The notes: a model not told the origin generated them from the sequence alone. 64,000 bases of DNA from Enoplolaimus lenunculus (GCA_030248215.1 JASANG010000443.1:186001-250000); one strand, 5' to 3'. Shown: positions 11,179 to 25,027, counted from the first letter of the stretch. Numbers and translations are program-made.

Positions 11179-12642
11179 TAGCCAATATCTGCAATATGTT
11201 GTTAAGTTGATTAGTTTTTACGGCAATTTTCTTCGAAATTTCGGAAAATATTTCCTGAAAATTCTGACAAAAATAAACCGAAACGCGCTAAACAGGTAAA
11301 TTTTGCAAAATTACGCAAAATTTTACGACCGAAATTGCCGAAACGTCCGACAAAAGTTCTACCGCAGCCGCACTCCGATTTTTTGTCGGAACCGGAGCCG
11401 AAGGCAGACCTCCGGATGTACCCTGATATATACGTATGCAGTGCATATCACTGCTGCTGTTGGTGTTTTCGTACCGGACCTATTTTCCTCTGAAATTATT
11501 TTTTATGGTCCAGTGACGAATCCATAAATTTCCGAAAGATGCCTCGTCGAGATAAAATGGTCGAAATAAACTCGTGAGCGAAACGAACGAGAAGTCTCAA
11601 CCGTCATTTTAAATACTAAACCTGAATCCCCAATACAAAACCCCGTTTTTCTACTCTGTTGATGAGTCTAAACTCCGGGCTGGACCCTCTTGAATTCGCC
11701 CGCAAGTGCGTCTTTCCTGTCAAATTTACACCTGTTCATTACGAGCGGATAGACTCGATGCTAAACGCGAGAGAATGCGCTCGGTCTCTTTTCATCGCAC
11801 CCACCGAGTTATCTTGCAAACGTTAAGCTCTGTTCCCAAGAAGGATAAGGGTCAAATTATGAAGCTGTCCCGTTTCTTGTCAGAGAACGTTAGGACTTAT
11901 CGTAAACTGCTAAAGGTGCTACATACCCTGTAAATTACAATGAGTTGATTAATCAATTCAGCTAGGGATTTGGTTATTGCTGAATTAATATCAGTAGACA
12001 TTAACTCACTCTGAGTTGAGTTTATTCTCACTCAGAGGTGACTCTGGGTAAGTTGGTTATAATCAACTTGAAATACATTGAATCAACTCAAAATTCTGAG
12101 TTCTGACAGTCCTAACTCAGACTGAGTGATTCAACTTATTCTGAGTTAAAATCAACTCACTGAAATTTACAGTGTATATTTGAGAGTAACATCAAAGGTT
12201 TGCTGCTGAATCGAACCCAAACTTTAACTGTGAAAACGGAAATATTTTTTTTTGGAATTATCCTTAATTTAAGCCAAAATTGTTACCGTTAAAATATACT
12301 GTGTTTTAAGCATATTTCATATATAAAAATGTAAATTTATTCGCATGACTAAATTATGTATCAAAATTGCCCAAAATCCAAAAAAAAAACGGCGTTTCTC
12401 GATATTAAAATTTATTAGCTAAGTAGTTTTTTTGATTAAAAATGAAACTCAAAAATAGATTGAGTGTGAAATTGGGTTTTGCAACTAACTTTAAACGTTG
12501 TCGGGTTTGAATTAAATGCATTTAATCATCCGGAAACAGTTTGGTGCAGCTCAATTTAAAAGCGACGGTTGAGTTAAGCTAATAAATTTTGTTTCATACG
12601 GACCTCATAAAGCAAAGAATTAACGACAATTTTAACAATCAA

Positions 12643-13010
12643 GGGTTGCGGTATACTTGACGTGTGGCGTCGTCCGGCGCCGTCCGTCTCCGTGCGTCAC
12701 TCGTACGGCGCCGTCCGTCTCCGTGCGTCACTCCTACGGCGCCGTCCGTCTCCGTGCGTCACTCATACGGCGCCGTCCGTCTCCGTGCGTCACTCGTACG
12801 GCGCCGTCCGTCTCCGTGCGTCACTCATACGGCGCCGTCCGTCTCCGTGCGTCACTCGTACGGCGCCGTCCGTCTCCGTGCGTCACTCGTACGGCGCCGT
12901 CCGTCACCCTTCGTAACCAAAATCGCACGTGAGTCGGGATGCAGACGGCGCGTACGGATGGCAGGCGGCGCCGGACGGCGCCACACGTCAACAAAAGTAT
13001 AGCGTACCCC
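12643..13010. mobile_element. GC-rich Harbinger-like MITE containing a minisatellite
   Basis: Imperfect TIR GGGTTGCGGTATACTT..GACGTGTGGCG / CGCCACACGTC..AAGTATAGCGTACCCC. Related CCGTCC-rich copies lie at ~19180-19385, ~21010-21110, ~43205-43320 and ~51070-51273. The superfamily call is tentative. Confidence 0.65.
12675..12905. repeat. 31-bp minisatellite, 7 full units plus a partial
   Basis: Unit CGGCGCCGTCCGTCTCCGTGCGTCACTC(G/A/C)TA; only one position varies between units. Confidence 0.95.
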
Positions 13011-14138
13011 AAATTAGGTATATTGGTATAAAAAACGGAACATCCGCTATTTTCGGGACCGAAAAAAACATCGATTTTCATCTTAAACAGACACGCGTCT
13101 TCGTTATGAAGACGTGTACCCAGGGTTGGGTATCGGAAACAGCGACAGAAAAACGATTTTTTCGGATTTGTTCCCGGTTTTATGAGAAGGGGTGGAAAAA
13201 ATGGGAAAAAGCATATTTAAATAATGTTAGTAAATAACTTGCGTAACAACGGCAAAACTTCGCGGGTCGCTGTAGGAAATTGGTTTCTCTCACGCCTCCA
13301 ATCCGGAACAAGGTTCGCTTTTACGGATCTCTGGCGTTGATTTACTAGATTGGTTAAACCCAGCCTTCACTTCAAAAAATGGTGAGTCAAATTGAGTCTC
13401 TCCGAAATAGGCTTTTCCTGACTACACAAACTTAGTCAAAATTCTACTCCGACAGCGTCAAATTGAGTCGAACTTGACTCTGGCAGAGTCAAATTTTAAC
13501 TCAGTTTGTGTTGTCAGGAAAAGCCTATTTCGGAGAGAGTCAATTTGACTCACCATTTTTTGCAAGTGTAAGTAAAGCTTAAACCTTCCAGTCTGTTGCT
13601 CATACAGTAACCATGCCTTTCTTGAACGGATAGATTTCATTGTTGAAGTGAATATATCTTTAAATGATACAGGTTCGCTGGCTATGATTGGCTTAAGTGG
13701 TTCTCTCATTCAATGAATATGGTGCTGTAAGATGAAAGAGAAATCAAATAAAGATAATATTTCAGCGAGTTTTGCTCAGGCGGTATTTTCTATTTTTTTA
13801 TAATCAGAGCGAAATATGCTAAGGAGGGGGTGAAATTTTGTGTTCCATACCCTTGAAAATATTTTGACTTCACAACTCTGTATTTCGAAAAGCGTTGAAG
13901 GAGTTGATCAGTGTATACTACTAAAATCGCCACTAAAATTAGTTGGAAGTCAAATTATCGTGGCTCAAGGCTTTGGCCCTTGTATAGAACCGAGGCCGGC
14001 GGTTTTACGTGGGACTGCAATTGAGCAAGCTTAAGCTTTACAGTATTTTTTTGCTTAAGCTTAGGCTTAAGCTTAAGCTTAGGTATAGGTTGATCTTTAG
14101 GCTTTGGGCTTAGAAATATGCTTGTACTACTGTTCCGG

Positions 14139-15489
14139 TGTTACGCTAAATTTTGCCCCCCCAAGAAAATATGCCCCCTGGGAAATGTTTTCCTATTAAA
14201 ATGTAGGCCCCTCGGCATATGTCTACAGAGAAACTCTAAAAGTGCCTTCCTTTATAAAAATTTGTCTCCCCTGACAGCTTAAACTTTTTAAGACATAAAG
14301 CTGCAATATGGCTAGTGGCGGTTACAGAGTGCGGTTTTTCCATGTCAGAGTCGTCGAATAAGTTTTTCAGATGCACATTATTGCTACAATTAGTAACCCA
14401 TTGTCAACCTGAGTCGAGTAGAATTGCTCACCAAGTGGGCCTAAACGAGCCCGTTAGGGCCCCTGCGTTTGATTCGAGTCGTCTGCTACTGTAAAACCCA
14501 TATGTACCTAGCTAAAATTAAGAACATATCGGGCGGCGGAAACTGTTACTTTCAGGTTCTCTCACACTACCTGACAGAAAATGAACGTATTGGGCAATGC
14601 ATAGAACCCGGCCGGAACTGTAGTATAAGCATATTCCTAAACCTAAGCCTAAGCTAAAAAATAGTTTAAAGCTTAAACTTGTTATATTGCAGTCCCGCTG
14701 GAAAACGGGCCTCTGCTGATTTTTATATAAGCCAAACTATTCATTAAGCCATTAGAGACCATAATGGAATCACCAGGATTGTGCCTAAACCTTCAAGCGA
14801 AAGCTTCAACACTGTAAATTTCAGTGAGTTGATTTTAACTCAGAAGAGATCACTCAGCGCCCCCTTCCAGTTTGGTTAATTACCACCACCCACCTACCGA
14901 AAACACCCACGGGTCCTTCCACGAAACCACCCCAGCAAAAAACAACCACCGCACCGAAGCGCTTCGACAAAATACCTCGGAATATTTGATTATTTCTAAC
15001 AGTTGCTGGTATCTGGACAACGGACGCCGAAATTTTTGAAACAGCTGGTGTTTTTGGCTGCAACATTAACAATTTTTTACCAATTTGTTGCATTTCTGCA
15101 GTGGCAAAATATCAGACCGAATATTCAAATTTTAATACTGTGTGAATAATTTATAATTTCGCGTTATAAGTTGTAACGGTGTGCGAGACGAAAATATTCA
15201 TGTGAGAAAGGGTTAATTATAAACGCTGTAACATGAATAAAACAACGCATATGAAAAACGTATTCGACGAGTCTGACAACGAAATACACTATTCTGAAAC
15301 TGCGACCGGACGTAGTGCAGTTATATGATTCAAAAAGTTGTTTGGGGCGGCAGGATGCAAATTTTTGTAAAGGGGGCACGTTTTTTATTAAGTTTTCAAT
15401 AAAAATTTGCCCGAGGGGGCACATTTTTATACGAAAATTGGCTCGGGAATCATATTTTCACGGGGGGGGCGGCAAAATTTTTTGTGACA
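14139..15489 (+). mobile_element. Ginger1-like DNA transposon derivative with an OTU-domain remnant
   Basis: TGT..ACA termini, ~130-bp imperfect TIRs, 4-bp TSD CCGG/CAGG. It interrupts a TTAGGC MITE (13975-15513). Internal peptide KIKNISGGGNCYFQVLSHYLTENE. Confidence 0.7.
14500..14765 (+). pseudogene. OTU (ovarian tumour) cysteine-protease fragment, interrupted by a TTAGGC MITE at 14592-14733
   Basis: ISGGGNCYFQVLS matches the OTU GDGNCxFxxLS catalytic-Cys motif. Removing the MITE and one TSD copy (AACGTATT/AAACTATT) gives the in-frame continuation ENERIH*AIRDH. Confidence 0.6.
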
Positions 15490-17278
15490 CAGGCACTGTT
15501 CTATACATCGGTCCATTTATATACTCCATAATTTCAGTCTTAAAATCATCTTTCATTATTTTAATTGTCACCGTTTCCATAATTGAACTATTTCAATCTC
15601 GTAAAAGTAGTACTGTACCAAATTCCAAATATGAGCTGGTACGGTAGTCACATTAAGCCAATGGCGTAGCTAGGATTTTGGTTCGGAAAGGCATCGAAGA
15701 CAGTGAGGAAATTTTCGAGCGAACCAATACAAAGCGTTCATTTGTTAAACCTGTAAAAAATTGTCGATTTCTTATCAGCTCTCCAATTATTTCTGGCGTG
15801 GGACCAAATACGCCCTGTATATCAGGTTATACATATCCCAGACCAGACCTAAACATTTACCACAAATGGTTTGATAGGGTCCGTACCCACAGGTGGAGAT
15901 TTTTGGACTCAGGATAGCGTATAGAAAATTTTTGAACCACCCTAGAAAAGTTTTAGTCTCGTTCGTACGCACTGTGAAATCAGCTACTCAGACCTCGTAT
16001 TGTTTTGGACCCCCCATAGCATATTAAGACATTCTTAAATATTTTACTGAAAAAGTAAGCCAGTTTCAAACTATACAGCGGGGACTGGCTTATAAATGAC
16101 TTCAAATACACGAAATACTTTATTCAGCAAGCGATTTAAGTTTGAACTTTTGAAATAATTATTTACGTTTTATATTCGTATTTTTGTTATCAGATATTGA
16201 TTGCGTGGTCTGTAGTTTCGTAGACCAAAGCTGTTTAAAAAACCGTTAACCTTGCTGATTTTGTAAGTGCCAAAACTATAAATTCTGATGAGTTGATTAA
16301 TCAACTCAAAGAGCGAATTAGTCATTTTTGGTTTATTGCTGATTTGAAAACAGTAAACATTAACTCGTTCTGAGGTGATTTAGTTCCGGGTGAGTTTATT
16401 AATCCACTCAGAATGAATTCAATTAATTTAGAATTCAGAGTGGTGTATGACCTACGTGGCCCAACCCAGACAAACACTGTAAATTTCAATGAGTTGATTA
16501 ATCAATTCAAATAGCGAGTTTGTTTATTTCTGAATTAATATCAGTAAACATTAACTAACTCTGAATTGAGTTGATTCTCATTCTGAGTTGAGTTGACTCT
16601 GGGTGAGTTGATTAATTAACTCAAAATAAATTGAATCAACTCAAAATTCTGAGTTCTGAAACACCTAATTCAGAGCTCACGCGTCTGTGTGGATTCAACT
16701 CATTCTGAGTTAAAATCAACTCACTGAAATTTACAGTGTAGGCTCTTTTATTAGGAATTAAAACCACGATTTTATATTAAGGTTTAGCACTAAAATCGCA
16801 TTTGACTTCTCGCTCGGTTTGTTCACGACTTTTTTGCGCTATATTTCGCGCGCCCTCGCTTACAAATTTCTGAATCTGCCACACTGTAAATTCCAGTGAG
16901 ATGATTTTTACTCAGAATAAGTTTAATCCAATCAGAAGCCTGGCGGAGTTCTGAATTTCGGTCTTTCAGAACGCAAAATTCGGAATTATTTGAACTAATT
17001 TCGAGTTAAACAAGTAACCTTAGAATTAAATCAACTCAGAATGAATTAATATTTACTATTATTAACTCATAAATAACCTGAAATAAGAAATTCTCTGTGA
17101 GTTGATTTATCAACTGGCTGGAGTTTGCAGTGTTGTTTCAAGCTTTGAAGTTTCGTTCCAATAGGATTAAACATAAGACTAACGTTTAAGTGACAAGTGA
17201 GTTATTTTTACTCACAATGAGTTAATTCACTCAATATGAGTTAGAGACTATTGGAACTCATAATTCTGTGCTTTGAAC

Positions 17279-17600
17279 CAACAGTGGATTATGATAAGAG
17301 TGTGCAACTCTTGGGGTCCCACATGGTACAAAATGCACCACCGGACGTAATGTTTACGGCTGACCCCACCCCCGTTGTTACGAGGGGGATCGCTATCATA
17401 TGAATACCCCTAAATTAAACTATAAGGAGAGCATGTTTGACGCCGCATACATACACGTGTCAAGGCTCGCGCAGGTTGCACCCCCTCTAAATAAAGGGAG
17501 TAGGGTACGGCAAAAACGCAACGCGTGCCGGATACATTCTTTTCTACGCAGAATGCACCCAGTTGCATACTCTTATTGAAGGATGCATTATTCACGCTTG
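17279..17600. mobile_element. P-like MITE (CA..TG termini, 7-bp TSD) inserted in a CACTG family A copy
   Basis: TSD TTTGAAC/GTTGAAC; inner inverted repeat GAGTGTGCAACT/AGTTGCATACTC; homologous to 36970-37317 and 59713-60020. Confidence 0.7.
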
Positions 17601-18110
17601 GTTGAACTCATTCTGAGTTTATTAATCAACTCACCAGGAATTAAATAAACTCAAAGCAAGTTGACGCGTTCTGCTATTGAAACTCAGAAATCATCAGAAA
17701 TGACTTAAATTCGCTCTTTGAGTCTGCCGACTAGTCAACTCATCGGAATTTACAGTGGCAGTTGCACAGGTAGTGGGTGCTACGGGTTTAGCTATCCGGT
17801 GTTTACGTGCACACGGATTAAAATACCAAAGTTTCTTGCAAACCTGAAAAATATTTACCAGTATGATGAAGCTTGTTTGTGCTTGAGTTATGTGTATACG
17901 AGCGTTTGTATTTTGTTCGAAAATATATCATTTTCGAAATAATTAATATTTTTAGTTTGAACCCGATAAAAAGAATTTCGGTCGACAGCGCAAAGCTTTT
18001 GCCGAACTGGTTCAAAGCATCGGTCTCAGCTGGACGTCTTGATTGTGACTGACACAAGTTTTGCTAAGACACGTAGTGTCATTATTAGGCGAAAAAAACC
18101 GAATCTAAGA

Positions 18111-18611
18111 TAAAGTTTAATCGCAGTTTCAAACTTATAATGAGACTAAGCTGTCGATTGTTTGTAGTCGATGGAAGGGTGCGACCGGATATCCGGTTTT
18201 ATTTCCGGAACGAAATCAATGTCCGGTTCCGTTTATGCTCATAGTAACAGTGGTCAATTCGTTATTCAATATTTTAATAAAGTTTAATCGTAGTTTCAAA
18301 CTTATAATGAGACTAAGCTGTTGATTGTTTGTAGTCGATGGAAGGGTGCGACCGGATATGCGGTTCTGTTTCCGGAACGAAATCAATGTCCGGTTCCGTT
18401 TATGCTCATAGTAGTAGTGGTCATTCGTTATTCAATATTTTAATGTTTAATCGCAAGTTTCAAACATATAATGAGACTAAGCTGTTGATTGTTTGTAGTC
18501 GATGGAAGGGTGCGACCGGATATCCGGTTTTGTTTTCGGAACGATATCAATGTCCGGTTCCGTTTATGCTGCTCATAGTAATAGTGGTCAATTGGTTATT
18601 CAATATTTTAA
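18111..18611. repeat. 167-bp tandem repeat, 3 units
   Basis: Units start at 18111, 18278 and ~18443. Each contains TAATGAGACTAAGCTG...GATGGAAGGGTGCGACCGGATAT...TCAATATTTTAA. Confidence 0.95.
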
Positions 18612-20520
18612 TACAAATATTGTGCAATTGTTCTAGTTCAAACAAATTTAATGAAATCATTTATTTATTGTTTGAAATTTAGAAGAACCCGGTGAAGATT
18701 TGCATGCCTCAATTGTATTGGCAGAAAAATAAAAATATCTTTTTTAAACTTTTATACTTCAATATCCGTTATCTATTTAGAGGTTTAGGTAAGGGTTTGG
18801 GACTGTGTTTTACGTGTTCACAAAACGTTTACGTTTTGCCGTCTGCGTATGTTTGTAAACTATGGCGATGAGCAAATTTTGAAATGGAAATATTTTACAC
18901 TATAGTGCGTTAAATTTCATCATATCGCACGGGAAACCATTTTGAACATATAAAGCATCGTTTTAATTGAAATAAGGGCACATATTCTCAAATCTGTATC
19001 TCGATCTATCATCAGTTAGTAACAGGTTCAGTTAATGAGAAAGCGGCTGCAATATATTGAATTCATTGAACTTGCACGGTTTATTCTCACATATGTGAAC
19101 TAAATTTCTAGCTATGATTTTTATTGAATTATTTGTAGCTGCAAGTTTTTCGAACCGGATGTTGGATAAAAACCCCTAAGGTGCCGTCCGTCGTTGTCTG
19201 TCGCACGTACGGCGCCGTCCGTCACCGTGCATCAACTGTACGACGCTGTCCGTCGCCATCTGGCACCGTCCGTCATTATACGGTATCATACGTGTGTAAT
19301 TTGCGTACGATAACGCACGGTGACGAACTTTTGACGGACGGTGCCGTATGGGTGACGAACGGCGCCGGAAGTCTAGTATAGTGCATATCAAAGGGTTATC
19401 AATGAGCCACACGGTAACAGTGGACTTAGTCTGATTTTTGCGCATTCTACTATTTATTGTGTGTCTGTTTTAAATAAAGCAGTAACAAGCAGGGTGCAAC
19501 CGAAGGTAAAAAATACAGGAGCCGGAAATCAACAAATTTTGTCGGAGTCAGGAGAGCGAAGAATTGCTAATTTTAGCAATAGTGTTCGAAGTATTGTCAA
19601 AAATTAGTTTTTCAGCTTCTGTTAAAATATCTCCATTCATAGAGTTTCAAAATTACCTTAAAGTTGCTTAGGAACAATTCCACTGTCAAAGCAGCCACAC
19701 TGTAAATTTCAATGAGTTGATTATTTTACTCAGATAGAGAATTAGTTATTTCTGGTTATTACTGAGTTAATAACAGTAAATATCAACTCGTTCTGAGATG
19801 ATTTAGTTCCGTTTAAGTGAAGTAATTAACTGAGAATGAGTTCAATCAATTCAGATTTTTGAGTTACGAAAGACTTGATTCACAGCTCAGATTTTTGGGC
19901 GGATTCAACACATTCTAAGTTAAAATCAACTCAGTGAAATTTACAGGGCAAGTTTTATAACAATAATTCAAAAACTTCACTATCAAAATTGACGAAGAAG
20001 TTTTGGCAACAGTTTTACCTGAGCCGGATGTTTGTAAGTGGGTGTCTTGTTTCAGTTGCTGGTTTACTATTAACGTACAAAGTGAAATCTAGTGAAGTGA
20101 GAACTTTATTCTGAATTAATTAATCATCCCACCGGATATTATACTAGCTCAGAGTGAGAGTTAATGTTTACTGTTATTAACCCAAAAATAACCAAAAATG
20201 ACTGATTCGTTCGTTGAGTTGTTTAGTGAACTCGCAGGAATTCACAATGTAGTGTAAATAAAATTTTAGCTAAAAAATTTATTTAGTATTAACCAGTATT
20301 AAATTTGGTACTATGTCCAAACTGTAACATTACAACCAATTTATTACTAAACTACTTTATAACTGTGACGTTTGAGAAACATTAATAACTGCATGTACCT
20401 GTGAAAATAGGTACCTGTCGTTTGAAAACTTACAAAAAATATTAATAAGGAAGCAGCGTCCATATCCGGCGAGAATTTCCACATCGCGTACACAAATTAA
20501 TGTAAACCACGCATACAGAA

Positions 20521-20900
20521 ATGCCTCTGACACCCGACGCAGACACCGCTCCAAGCCACAGAGACTACGCTACGTCTACGTATGGGCCAATCCGCTCGGC
20601 AAGCAGTCGCCACGCTACCCCTGACAGCTTTAAACATCGTCCTAAACCAGCCATTTTCATCGAAACATCAACCTACAACGGTCCTATTCAGCGAGTAATT
20701 TCAACAGGAACGCTGACAAATTTAAATTTTAAACATTCCAACGCATCATTCAACCGATATCAATCGGTCAATTCAAAATCACAGACGAGTTTAACTCAAC
20801 TACAGCGACAGCAACGCAATCCGAGACAACCAACGCCTACAAGTCAAACGCGAAACAAATCACCACAGTGGAGTAGTCCGTTTCCACCGTATAAGCTAAG
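20521..20900 (+). CDS. Putative coding exon (low-complexity S/T/Q/P-rich); candidate distal first exon of the SLC1 gene
   Basis: Non-repetitive open frame from ATG 20521 ending at an AG|GTAAAC donor (phase 2), phase-compatible with the exon at 22221. Confidence 0.55.
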
Positions 20901-22220
20901 GTAAACTCTTATATTTTAGCGTCACGGTAGAGCCCAAATGGACTACGGTACAAGGACTCAAAGAGTTGATCCTGACATCTTTGGATCGCGTTCTGCTTTT
21001 TTGTGCCGGTCAGCGGTGCGTCGCCGGACGTCGCTGTTCGTTGCCGCGCGGTGAGTACAGCGCTACGCACCTCTGCTCGGTGACGGACGGCGTCGGACGG
21101 CCACGGACAATCCATCATGACAAATATGGCCAATGAGAAGATTAAGCGTATTCCTAAGCCTAAGCCTAAGCCTTACCGTTGCAAAAATGTGTTCCTAAGC
21201 ATAAGCCTAAGCCTAGGCCTAAGGAAGCAAAATGTAATCTAGAATTGAAACTGACTGTTTTATGGACCCACCAGAAACCTGGACGCCCCTTAAAGTAACA
21301 TGGGCTACAAATATAATCGTATCCAAACGAATTGCGATATACTTGTAGTACTACGCCATAAGTAAAAAGAAGTTTCTTATATAAATTACGTTTAGATTCC
21401 TGCCAACTTTGCTCGCAAATGTTGTTTTACCATAAACTATTTGCACTCCAGTGTATATATCAGGGTTTAACCGGAATTCAAGTTCCAGCCGTAATTCTTG
21501 CAAAAATTCAATTCCCGTTCCGATTGCTGTTCCTGCATTGTCAATGACGCAGGAACAGAAATTTTTACGGCTTTGTTGCAAATTATTCCTAATCATTTAA
21601 ACGAGTGTTTTTGCAATGACTTCAGTTTTATTAATAAACTGTTTCTGATGTATTTTTTCAAAACGGGATGATGAAATAGTTAATAATTCGCTTAAGCCAT
21701 TTTGGCAAGTATTCCAAGAAGTCCAACAGTAGTTCGGTGATAAAAATTATTTTAAATTTCGGTTCCTGTTCCTGTTCAGGCAAAATTTAGTTCTTGTTGT
21801 AACCGTGATATATATTATATTATATTATATATATATATATATGTATATATATGTATGTGTGTATACATGTATAAATACATTTTAAATTTCAGTGAGTTGA
21901 TTTTAACTAAAAATGAGTTGAATCTACTCAGAGGTCTGAGCTGTGAATTAGATCTTTCGGAACTCCCAATTCTGAATTAATTTAATTCGATCTGAGTTAA
22001 TTAATCATCTAAATTAGCATTAAATCAGCTTAGAGAGAGTTAATATTTACTGTTTATTAATTCAGAAATTTCATTGAGTTGATTAATCAACTCCGTCCAC
22101 TCCTGTACACAATTTATGGATTCACCACTGCTCACACGAGACCAATAATTTAATACAGATAGCTTGACCTCGTTCTTGGGATATACTCCTGGAAGTAATG
22201 TACTTTGTTTTGTTTTACAG

Positions 22221-22450
22221 CGAGCAATTATACCATTTCGACCGAGTTCGACCAGCTTCAAAAATGACATCATCGAGAACCATGACGTCATTCGTTGGAC
22301 GGAAACACTCCATCGGAACGGACCAATCCTCTCAACTACGAGCAAACATGACTTCCGGCGTTTCACCTGGAAGCGGAAAACTTGCATCACATTTGTCGAC
22401 TGGAACATCGAAAGCATACTGCAATAACTCTGAACAGCAACCGTTGTTAT
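22221..22450 (+). CDS. Putative internal coding exon; candidate exon 2 of the SLC1 gene
   Basis: Strong acceptor TTTGTTTTGTTTTACAG and donor T|GTAAGT. Open frame (S)EQLYHFDRVRPASKMTSSRTMTS...EQQPLL, phase 2 in and phase 1 out. Confidence 0.65.
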
Positions 22451-23913
22451 GTAAGTGTTTTTGTGTTGTAAGATAATCTTACCCTGTAAATCCCAGTTAG
22501 TTGGAATCACTCAGTCTGAGTTAGAACTTTCAGAAATCAGAATTGTGAGTCAGTAAAACTCACTCTGAGTAAATTATTCAACTTACGCGGAATTAACTAA
22601 ACTCAGAGTGAGTATCAGTTCAACTTACAGTGAGTTAATGTTTACTGTTATTAACTCAGAAATAAATAACTCTCTAGCTGAGTTGGTTAATCAACTCATT
22701 GGAATTTACAGTGTAGGCTTGTGCTTAAGCTTAAGTATATAAGCTTAGACATAGGTTCAAGCTTAGGCTTTGTATTATATAAAGACTTCGGCTCACGTTT
22801 AGGCAATAATCAGGAACTTAGAGTTTTGGCCTTAGATTTAGGCTTAAGCATAGGTAAGTACATAATAGGCTTAAACTCAGGTTTGGGTTATGTTTCAATA
22901 GTAGCTTAATGTTTAGGCTTGGGCTGGAACAAAACTTTTTAGATTAATTCGTGTTATTGTGTTGGAATTGCAATTTATAATCAACCAAATTGTCAAATGA
23001 TGTTCGAAGACTTGGAGGGTTGAATGCAGTCTGTACAGCAATGTAGGCAAGGGCCCATGTAAGATCAGGGGCGGAACGTTTTTCTGGGGAACTGCAATAG
23101 AGTAAGTTTAAGCTTTACACTAATTTTTGGCTTGGTTTAGATTTAGGCTTATGCTTAGGCTTAGGAATATACTCATTCTTACGCTTAGGCTTATTTTTAG
23201 GCTTAGGCTTAGGCTTAGGAATATACTTATTGTTACGCTTAGGCTTAGGTTTAGGCTTAGGCCTAGGCTTAGGAATATGCTCATTCTTACGCTTAGGCTT
23301 AGGCTTAGGAATGGTGAGTCAAATTGACTCTCTCCAAAATAGGCTCTACGCGACTGCACAAAATGAGTCAAATTCGACTCCGTCCAAGCCAAATTCGACT
23401 CACTAAGTTTGCACGCATGACTCTGGCGGAATCGAATTTGACTCATATTGTATAATCCCGTTGAGCCTATTTCGAAGAGAGTCAATTTGACTCACCATTT
23501 TTTGCAGTGTATATTTATCCGTAATTTAGAGCCAAAGATTTGGTTCTGCGATGAATTTTGCTTGCCACATTTACCTTAAAATCCGTGATACTCTCGTCGT
23601 GCCGGCCTAAATTTTATCATTATACCTTAGACCTATTTTCCAAGAACATTAAAGTTTCCAACGCGGTGTGCGAGAGTGTCTTAGATTTGAAAAATGTTCT
23701 TATATAACAATAGAATCGAAGCGATAGTTTCGAACGTTATTTTTTCTTGTGTTTTATTGAATAAATCATGAGCTTAAGAATAAAACTGTGTAGTGGCTGA
23801 AATAATCACTGATACAATGCTGTTGTTGCATTTTTACTGTTTTGAAACGCTTGCATCCCTAAGGGTGGGGTCCGTCAAAACAGATTGTAGGCGGCACTTA
23901 ACCTGTGAGGCAA

Positions 23914-24118
23914 CACTGTAAATTTCAATGAGTTGATTAATCAATTTAGCTAGCGAGTTGGTTATTTGTGAATTAATATCAGTAAACATTAACTCACTGT
24001 CTGAGTTGAGTTGATTCTTACTTGAATCAACTCAACATTCTTAGTTCTGATAGTCCTAACTCAAACTGAGTGATTTAACTCATTCTGAGTTGAAATCAAC
24101 TCGCTGAAATTTACAGTG
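23914..24118. mobile_element. CACTG MITE family A copy
   Basis: Full TIRs with TSD AA/AA, showing the 2-bp TSD is not restricted to TA. Confidence 0.9.
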
Positions 24119-25027
24119 AAGAGGTGAACACGGGAATTAGATTGTAATAACTCGGACGCGCAGCCCTGACGTATCATAGGGGGCACCTCGGTGTAGACCT
24201 CAACAGGGGTCAAAACCATGATTTTTTATTATGGGTTAACACTAAAACAGGGTTCGATTTCTCGGTTGGAGCAAAATATATAATGACAGATTCATGGGGT
24301 GGCCGCCCCGGCCGTAGGCCAACCCCACCCCCCCGCGAACAGGATCTCAACAAATTTTTTAGGGAATCAAGTTAACAGATACGAACCCATACAAATTGTG
24401 AGAGGCGCAATGTTAACCGCAAGCGGGACAAACCGGTTGAAACAAAAACCGCGCCGAATTTTAACCCGGATTCCAAAATGTCACAAAGATTTCGGATTCC
24501 CAAAGGTCAGAAACTTTTTTTATACAGGAGGGATTATGCCGTTTTATTTGTGATTAATCTGAGTTAAAAGGTCCTATTCTTTCATAGTCTACTTTATTGC
24601 AATAATTTGTCGTTTGCGATGTGTTAAACAAAAATAAGTTCGTTTACCACACTGTAAATTCCAGTGAGTTGATTTTAACTCAAAATGAGTTGAGTCCACT
24701 CAGAACTGTGAGCTCTAAATTAGGTCTTTCAAAACTCAGAATGCAAGAATTGATTTGACTCATTCTGTGTTAATTAATCAACTGACCCGGAATTAAGTTA
24801 GCTCAGAGCGAGTTAATATTTACTAGTATTAACTCAACAATAACCAGAAATAACAAAATTCTGTGCTTGCGTTGATTCATCAACTCATTGGAATTTACAG
24901 TACAGTGACATTTTGCCCCCCCCCCGCATTCGGAAATCCTGGATCCATCACTGAATATATGTATACGCTATAGTTATTTTTACGCTAATGATATTCATGG
25001 TACATTGGTTGCAATCATTATAACACA

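Noticed and set aside
12657..13081. Arg-rich ORFs in several frames, or a CRISPR-like array
   Set aside because: This is a stop-free 31-bp head-to-tail minisatellite with no unique spacers and no cas genes, in a eukaryotic context.
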